DNA of 64,000 nucleotides from a virus. Each line of letters opens with the position of its first letter. Positions within the stretch are counted from its first letter, which is position 1. Below are positions 58,232-64,000 of this stretch, in pieces. Where the stretch lies: IMG/VR virus record IMGVR_UViG_3300046336_000034, positions 1 to 64,000 of that record; one strand, given 5' to 3'. The position numbers and the translations under genes are program-made. The notes below the pieces were generated by a model. It was given only the letters and a program-made list of their open reading frames with translations, made no database searches and had not been told where the DNA came from.

Positions 58232-58420
58232 ATGACATCAATTTACATTTTATTTTTAGTCGCACCCTTGGTTGCACACCTAGGGACATACCCCTCTTTA
58301 GAGGAGTGCAACCGTGTAGCTCAAGTCCTAGCTCTTGCACGTCACAAAGGGGATGTTAAAGAAGCTGAGGCTTTCGGCGCTAATCGTTTAGTCTGTGTTA
58401 AGAGTAGTTTAATTAAGTAA
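58232..58420 (+). CDS. small exported/hypothetical protein
   Basis: AGGAG RBS; hydrophobic N-terminus, S.EEC...C. Confidence 0.55.
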   Translation: MTSIYILFLVAPLVAHLGTYPSLEECNRVAQVLALARHKGDVKEAEAFGANRLVCVKSSLIK

Positions 58421-58429
58421 GGAGAATAT

Positions 58430-58744
58430 ATGAAGTGCAAACAGGGAGATTTAGCATTTATTAAAAAAGCTATAAGACAAGAGAACATCGGTAAAGTTGT
58501 TACATGCGTTAAGCATCTAGGTTATTACGAACGTGGTGCTAATCTTGTTATCAGTGGTGAAGTGTGGACAGCTATTGACACAGGAGACTACTGGTTAATC
58601 TCTGGTAATATTGAAACCATGTATGGTACTGCTACTCAGAGCCACATCCCTGACCATTGGTTAACCCCTGTTGAGCCTTTACCTCCAGAAGATGCTGATG
58701 AAACAGATAAGCTGTTAGAGAATGATTTAGTTCTAACAGATTAA
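58430..58744 (+). CDS. hypothetical phage protein
   Basis: MKCKQGDLA...D.WL.P; AGGAG RBS. Confidence 0.65.
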   Translation: MKCKQGDLAFIKKAIRQENIGKVVTCVKHLGYYERGANLVISGEVWTAIDTGDYWLISGNIETMYGTATQSHIPDHWLTPVEPLPPEDADETDKLLENDLVLTD

Positions 58745-58790
58745 GTCCAAGCAACTGCAAGGCGCATCTTGTAATAATGTGTAACAGCAC

Positions 58791-58818
58791 TTGTAATTCA
58801 AGAAATCAATGATACAAT
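58791..58818 (+). promoter_or_regulatory. early-type promoter
   Basis: TTGTAA-16-TACAAT with extended TG; conserved leader follows. Confidence 0.6.
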
Positions 58819-58846
58819 TACTTATCTAAACAAAAAGGAGTTAACC

Positions 58847-59131
58847 ATGCAAGCATTAAATTTTCCACCCCGCCATCCGTCTACCCAAGCAGACGGGCAT
58901 ATCCATAACGCACGAACAGATGCAAGTAATGATGTATTCTTTATCAATGCGTCCTACCAAAAGGCATCTGAACCAGTGGTAGTGATTTACCCTTCTGGAA
59001 GTTACAATGAACCTGTTGAACTAGGGCGATATAAAAATCTAAATGTAGCTGTAAAGATTGCCAGTACTTTTAAACTACCTGAGTACAAGATTTTTAGCTT
59101 GGAGACTGGTGATGAGATTCATTTCCAATAA
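58847..59131 (+). CDS. hypothetical protein
   Basis: AGGAG RBS. Confidence 0.6.
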   Translation: MQALNFPPRHPSTQADGHIHNARTDASNDVFFINASYQKASEPVVVIYPSGSYNEPVELGRYKNLNVAVKIASTFKLPEYKIFSLETGDEIHFQ

Positions 59132-59146
59132 CTGCAAAGGTTAATT

Positions 59147-59380
59147 ATGGAATTAATGCTTATCGAATTAGAGGACTTTCTAGGCTTGGAGTTACAATGC
59201 TACTACAGCTACGAGCCAGCAGTACCAGAGGATGATATTAATCCACCTGAGCAGGCTGTGGTGCAGTTAGAAAAGGTATACCTAGGAGTAGTGCAAGTCC
59301 AACCTGATAAGCACCTAAAACCCGAGCAGTGGAAAAGACTTGAGCAAGAGATTTATGATAGAATTGAGAAACAAATTTAA
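59147..59380 (+). CDS. hypothetical protein
   Basis: ORF track; packing. Confidence 0.6.
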   Translation: MELMLIELEDFLGLELQCYYSYEPAVPEDDINPPEQAVVQLEKVYLGVVQVQPDKHLKPEQWKRLEQEIYDRIEKQI

Positions 59381-59390
59381 GGAGAAACAA

Positions 59391-59801
59391 ATGACAAAGA
59401 AACTTACAATTAAACAACGACAAGAGATTTATGAATATCTCTTAACACTTAACTGCCCTGATTTACTGGCAGCATTAATTGCCAAACGAGCACAATACTA
59501 TGCTCTGTACTCTTTCAGTGTAAACTCTATTCAGGGTATCATTGAAAATTTGTTTGCATGGCACAATTCACCAGAAGGTTTTGAGTTCTGGCAGATGATG
59601 CATGAAGGTGCGCTGGAGATTGATGATGAAGTATCATACAAGGACGATTTTGAATCTCCAACAGAGTTAGATTTCCCAGTGCATACATCTGAAGCGGTTA
59701 AGATTACTATCATCCCTCCGAAATCTAATAAGACTCCAGTTAATCTATCATTTTCTGAGAAGGTTAAACTGTTCTTTGGTAAATGGATTTATAAGGTTTG
59801 A
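59391..59801 (+). CDS. hypothetical protein
   Basis: ATG 59391 behind AGGAG; F.W..SPEG..FW motif. Confidence 0.6.
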   Translation: MTKKLTIKQRQEIYEYLLTLNCPDLLAALIAKRAQYYALYSFSVNSIQGIIENLFAWHNSPEGFEFWQMMHEGALEIDDEVSYKDDFESPTELDFPVHTSEAVKITIIPPKSNKTPVNLSFSEKVKLFFGKWIYKV

Positions 59802-59802
59802 T

Positions 59803-59985
59803 ATGAATGACCTATATCTAAAACTTGCTGATAAGGCTGTGAGAAGGTGCAAAAGTGGGTTAGAGGCACATAGTGACTTACTTTATGAGTACATAACAGA
59901 GGAAGTAGTCAAAGAATGTTTAAGCCAAATGTCTGACCACTTAGATAAGCAACGGGTTATTAAACATTTTGAATTGGAGGACTAA
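59803..59985 (+). CDS. hypothetical protein
   Basis: ATG 59803; packing. Confidence 0.55.
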   Translation: MNDLYLKLADKAVRRCKSGLEAHSDLLYEYITEEVVKECLSQMSDHLDKQRVIKHFELED

Positions 59986-60153
59986 ATGGATAAGGTGCTT
60001 GCGGTAGTGCTAGGATTATGTATCTGTGGAATGGTCTTTTGCTTGGCTATGCTACCTTCTGCAATGAAGTACGAAATGAGTTGCAGGGAGCAAGGTGGAA
60101 TAGCTGTTAGAGGTGTTTGTCTAAAAGTTGAGACAATCAAGGTGGTACACTAA
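59986..60153 (+). CDS. small membrane protein (55 aa)
   Basis: Manual ORF MDKVLAVVLGLC...; GGAGG RBS. Confidence 0.55.
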   Translation: MDKVLAVVLGLCICGMVFCLAMLPSAMKYEMSCREQGGIAVRGVCLKVETIKVVH

Positions 60154-60332
60154 TGATTAATATCCTAGATAAATACATGGAGTTAAATCCAAGTAATTAC
60201 GATGATGAGGACTTGACAAATTTAATCTTCTGGGCTTCACAAGCCTATGATGAGATTAGCACTCTGCAATATAAAGTAGAAGTAGCTAATAAGAGACTAG
60301 GGAAGATTAACGATTTTGCGGAGACGGTATAA
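60153..60332 (+). CDS. hypothetical protein (59 aa)
   Basis: Manual ORF MINILDKYMELNPSNYD...; TAATG coupling at both ends. Confidence 0.55.
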   Translation: MINILDKYMELNPSNYDDEDLTNLIFWASQAYDEISTLQYKVEVANKRLGKINDFAETV

Positions 60333-60517
60333 TGAATTTAACACAAAAAGAGCACTACACTCTTGGGCTACAGGACGCTATTCGAGAACTAGAAATGGAA
60401 ATTGAATGTTGTGAGATGGAGTTAAGTGGAAACAGGCTAAATATTGCTAGGCATGCACTCAAGAATGGTGTAAGTCTTATTCAAGACTTAGTTAACGCAG
60501 TAGAGGCAGGACTATGA
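60332..60517 (+). CDS. hypothetical protein
   Basis: ORF track; coupling. Confidence 0.55.
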   Translation: MNLTQKEHYTLGLQDAIRELEMEIECCEMELSGNRLNIARHALKNGVSLIQDLVNAVEAGL

Positions 60518-60756
60518 GAACAAAGATTGAAACAGATGAGCAAGGCATTGTCCAAGCTCGGCGTGACCGAGATGATTACTACCTAGCGCTGATTAGTGGG
60601 AATGACCGTAAATGTTATGCCATCGAAGATAGCTACGGCTTACTTGGTTATCAGCCTGAGCTAGTCTCTGTGGGGCTAAATGCCGCTGCAGTAGGCAAAG
60701 ACCCTGAAGAAGTGATTGAAAGCTACATCGTTGGGAGGATGATTGGGACTAATTAA
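60514..60756 (+). CDS. hypothetical protein
   Basis: ORF track; coupling. Confidence 0.55.
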   Translation: MRTKIETDEQGIVQARRDRDDYYLALISGNDRKCYAIEDSYGLLGYQPELVSVGLNAAAVGKDPEEVIESYIVGRMIGTN

Positions 60757-60844
60757 GCGTAACTATTTGTAAATTACCTAGACTGTGCTGGAATTTAACC
60801 TATTTGTGCTATAATTCGTTTAGATTAACAACAAAGGAGCGAAT

Positions 60845-61012
60845 ATGTGGACAAAAGAGAGAATTGAAGAGCGTTCAAAGGTGTTATTTAACTCCCCTTG
60901 GGTTTCGCCTGAGTTAAATGCACGTAACCAGCAAGAGTGGGTTAAGGCTGTGGAGTACTTAGGTGATAAGTTCGCTTATGCTATGCAAGTTCAACGAAAG
61001 GATAAGAAATGA
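60845..61012 (+). CDS. hypothetical protein (55 aa)
   Basis: Manual ORF MWTKERIEERSK...; AGGAG RBS; TATAAT upstream. Confidence 0.55.
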   Translation: MWTKERIEERSKVLFNSPWVSPELNARNQQEWVKAVEYLGDKFAYAMQVQRKDKK

Positions 61013-61197
61013 CTATCTACCAACATCTACTAATCCTACTCCCTGCTCTTACTTTGATGTACTGGGGATTCTACGCCAAAGAGAGCACAGGGACTATTAT
61101 TGCTGCACTCCTTGGGTTTGCAATTATGTTCTTGTATCTAGGCACTATAATCGTCAAGGGTTTAGATATCTTATTCCTTTGGGTTGGGACTTTTTAA
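61009..61197 (+). CDS. small membrane protein
   Basis: Hydrophobic; ATGA overlap. Confidence 0.55.
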   Translation: MTIYQHLLILLPALTLMYWGFYAKESTGTIIAALLGFAIMFLYLGTIIVKGLDILFLWVGTF

Positions 61198-61206
61198 CCT
61201 TAAAGC

Positions 61207-61234
61207 TTGACAATCCTTAAATCTGTGGTATAAT
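61207..61234 (+). promoter_or_regulatory. sigma70 promoter
   Basis: TTGACA-16-TATAAT with extended TG. Confidence 0.75.
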
Positions 61235-61267
61235 CATACTTATGAAAACAAACAAAGAGAGGTTAAA

Positions 61268-61597
61268 ATGTCCGTAAATTTAAACAACGATGGGTCGCTT
61301 GCAATTACAGCAATGTCCCTTGTGGAGTTCCTTCCAGAGATTGAAACAGCCATTCATAATGGGTTCATGTTGAACTTGGAGAAGAATGAGGGGACGCCTC
61401 AGCAATTTGGCTCTATGCTTGTCTTGACAATGTACCCTACAGATGGTGTTGTACAAGCTGGCGAGGAGTTTAAAGAGGCATTGGAAGCCTCTGTTAAAGA
61501 GGTTGATACCCCTGTTCCAGAGGAAGTACCTAAAGAGGTTGTACCAGAGACTGTAAGTACACCTATTGTACAACGTGGTCGTCCTAAATTGAAATAA
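61268..61597 (+). CDS. hypothetical protein with C-terminal RGRP (AT-hook-like) tail
   Basis: GAGG RBS; ends QRGRPKLK. Confidence 0.6.
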   Translation: MSVNLNNDGSLAITAMSLVEFLPEIETAIHNGFMLNLEKNEGTPQQFGSMLVLTMYPTDGVVQAGEEFKEALEASVKEVDTPVPEEVPKEVVPETVSTPIVQRGRPKLK

Positions 61598-61776
61598 AGT
61601 GGGAGAGTAATTACCTCCAAAGTGCAAGCGAACTGAAGCCTATATCGAGGTGGACTGAGTGACTAAGTTGCACAAGCTGTCAATTCTCTTAGGACAGCAC
61701 CTATCCTAGCCTATCCCTTGGCTATGCTCTAAGCCTGTAATAAACCACAGGCTCTTTTTATTTAAGAAGGGGAAAT

Positions 61777-62532
61777 ATGAAACGTAATCTAAAAGTTCGA
61801 GAAGAAGTAGTTAAAAAGGAGAAGTTTGTTCGCCGCGAATTTCCTACTTTGCAAGCTAAGAATGAGTCTCAACGCTTGTTCATGGAAGCAATGATGTATG
61901 ATTCCCTTGTTGTGGCTCATGGTTCAGCAGGTGTGGGTAAAACTATTCTAGCTTGTTATCATGCAGCAAAACAACTGAACACAGGTAAGATTAAAAAGAT
62001 TGTTCTGATTCGTGCCTATCAGCCCCTTGCGGGACGCTCTATTGGATTACTTCCCGGAACTGCCACTGAAAAATTAATGGGTTTTTACCAGCAGATGATT
62101 AATTACTTCGAGGATTGTTTAGGTAAATCATCTACAGAAATTCACATAAAGAACAGCACTATCGAGATTTGTTCCCTTGAGACAATTCGTGGACGTAGTT
62201 GGCAGGACTGTATCGTGATTTGCGATGAAGCACAGAACCTATATGTGCAAGAGATTCAAGCACTGATGACACGGGCAGGAGATAGATGTCAGATGATTTT
62301 ATGTGGGGATGACTCAGGTATCCAGACAGATATTAAAAAAGGTATGGATGGCTTGACTTACCTAAAGAAAATTGTCAGTAAGTACAATATCTCAGACTCA
62401 TCATTTATTAGTTTTACTCGCGATGATATTGTTCGTTCAGGGATGACTAAAGAGTTTGTTATTGCCTTTGAGGAGGAGTTTTTACTTGACAAAGATGGGA
62501 AGGGAATTTTAAATGAAAAGGGGAAGAAGTAA
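61777..62532 (+). CDS. phoH: PhoH-family ATPase
   Basis: GSAGVGKT, IGLLPG, IRGRS, DEAQN, DIVRSG. Confidence 0.93.
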   Translation: MKRNLKVREEVVKKEKFVRREFPTLQAKNESQRLFMEAMMYDSLVVAHGSAGVGKTILACYHAAKQLNTGKIKKIVLIRAYQPLAGRSIGLLPGTATEKLMGFYQQMINYFEDCLGKSSTEIHIKNSTIEICSLETIRGRSWQDCIVICDEAQNLYVQEIQALMTRAGDRCQMILCGDDSGIQTDIKKGMDGLTYLKKIVSKYNISDSSFISFTRDDIVRSGMTKEFVIAFEEEFLLDKDGKGILNEKGKK

Positions 62533-62533
62533 T

Positions 62534-63235
62534 ATGAGTAATTTTAAATTTGAGCAGTTAGTTCCTAAACGTCCTCTAAAACAAAAAAGCAGGTCAGATT
62601 ACGATGATGACGAAGACTTCGAGAGGACTAACTATCGTGGCGGTCTATTCTTCAAACGAAGTAACGCTGTAAGTTTTACTTATTATCTTGACAGTTCTAT
62701 CGCTGCTCCTAGTAATTATCAATCTCTCTTGCACTGCCTCAATGAAATGCAAGAGTGCGACAGTCTTGATATTTATCTAAATAGTGGTGGTGGTCGGTTA
62801 GATAGTGCAATGGCTATTGTTGCTGGTATTAACAACACAGAAGGTAATGTAACTATTATTAGTAATGGTATGGCTGCTTCAGCAGCGGGAATTATCCTCT
62901 TACAAAGTCCTAATATTGTCATTACACCTATTAGTCAAATGATGTGCCATAATGCATCGTTCGGGAATTATGGAAAACTAGGTGAAATTGATGCTAATAT
63001 CAGCTTTAGTAAAAAGTACATTGAAAGGTTAATGGATGAAACTTACTCTGGTTTTATGACAAAGGAAGAAATTAAGGATTTAAAGAAGGGTGTGGACTTC
63101 TATTTTGATTCAGAAGAAATTATCCAACGACTAGGTGCAAGAGCTAAGTATCAAGATGAGATGGATGAGAGGATTAAAGCAGAAGAAGAGAAAGCTCTCA
63201 AGCCAAAACCTAAGACAAAAGCTAAAGTTAAGTAA
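62534..63235 (+). CDS. ClpP-like (S14) protease
   Basis: IYLNSGGG, GMAASAA (catalytic Ser), MMCH, D.YF...E. Confidence 0.82.
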   Translation: MSNFKFEQLVPKRPLKQKSRSDYDDDEDFERTNYRGGLFFKRSNAVSFTYYLDSSIAAPSNYQSLLHCLNEMQECDSLDIYLNSGGGRLDSAMAIVAGINNTEGNVTIISNGMAASAAGIILLQSPNIVITPISQMMCHNASFGNYGKLGEIDANISFSKKYIERLMDETYSGFMTKEEIKDLKKGVDFYFDSEEIIQRLGARAKYQDEMDERIKAEEEKALKPKPKTKAKVK

Positions 63236-63266
63236 GTCAGGTAACTACAGAGGAAAGGAGGGTAAT

Positions 63267-63320
63267 ATGTCCAAGAAGAAAGTTAAATCAAAAGGCAAGG
63301 CTGTTAAGAAGGCTAAGTAA
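63267..63320 (+). CDS. 17-aa lysine-rich micropeptide (putative)
   Basis: AGGAGG RBS; MSKKKVKSKGKAVKKAK; ends just before terminator. Confidence 0.45.
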   Translation: MSKKKVKSKGKAVKKAK

Positions 63321-63332
63321 ACCTTAAATAAA

Positions 63333-63369
63333 GAAACCCCAAAGAGCTTTACAGCCCTCTGGGGTTTTT
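63333..63369 (+). terminator. intrinsic terminator
   Basis: AAACCCCA...UGGGGUUU stem followed by U-tract. Confidence 0.7.
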
Positions 63370-64000
63370 CTTCGTCTGAAATATCTATGTGTATTATTAA
63401 CTAAGCAGTAAGTCAGTATTTGCTAACTTATAATTAAGCAATAGTGTTTTATGGATATTTCTAATTTTTAAAATTTTAAGGTCTTGTTAATTCATATAAA
63501 GATAGGTTTCTATATACAAAATATTCATAAAGCCTACAAATAGTAGGTCTGACGCGCAGATGTGGAGCTAAACGACTCGGAGCGATTAGAGCCTCTAGGA
63601 GGGATTATATGCTGAGTTGATGCTTAGATATAGGGGATTATTTTAAAACTTAAGGAGAGTCGTTTTAAGGGTGCTAAAGCTATCAGCAATGGTGAAAATA
63701 TCTATGGGATGGTTTATCTGTAGAGTGCTAACCTATTGAGGGGAATATCGTTACAAATGTTACTATAATTGCATGGGTGGAACTGATTACGAGATTTTGT
63801 AAAAGAGTATGGAAAGGGTGCTTGATAGACCACCCCGCCCCTGCCCTGTACATTCCAGCAATTTTAAAATATCTGAGGTTTAATCAGTCAGATCAAAGGT
63901 TTACATTGTAGAGCCTATGCCATCATAAGCGGTGGATTAGATTTTAAGGGTTTTAATATTAGTTTAATATATTGATAGCATGTTTCATATTGTGATATTA

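Noticed and set aside
1-64000. Alternative genetic code, DGR/retron or lysogeny module
   Set aside because: Genes are intact in code 11; no reverse transcriptase, integrase or repressor recognised in this window

Overview
A 64-kb segment of a long-tailed (siphovirus-like) dsDNA phage of a Gram-negative host. The host call rests on a SAR-type endolysin, nested spanins and sigma70-consensus promoters. No integrase or repressor is seen in this window. The minus strand (1-56,000) carries a tRNA/ncRNA cluster, terminase, portal, an ~11-kb block of beta-rich fibre-like proteins between portal and prohead protease, head, neck, tail and lysis genes, and a replication module (RNA ligase, T7-like primase-helicase, family A DNA polymerase, exonuclease, EndoVII, phosphoesterase). 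The plus strand (56,500-63,300) carries small early-type genes, a 2OG-Fe(II) oxygenase-like gene, phoH and a ClpP-like protease. Selfish elements are abundant: about 10 free-standing homing endonuclease genes (HEGs), an intein in the phosphoesterase, and an ORF-less group I intron splitting the Walker A motif of the terminase large subunit (missed by the ORF track). The main novelty is a family of ~55-nt three-way-junction RNA leaders upstream of six HEGs. They have a conserved scaffold and a variable loop that is complementary to the ribosome-binding region of each one's own endonuclease gene. There is also a likely +1 (UUU_CGC) frameshift in the tail chaperone. All calls come from reading the sequence by eye; no database searches were run.
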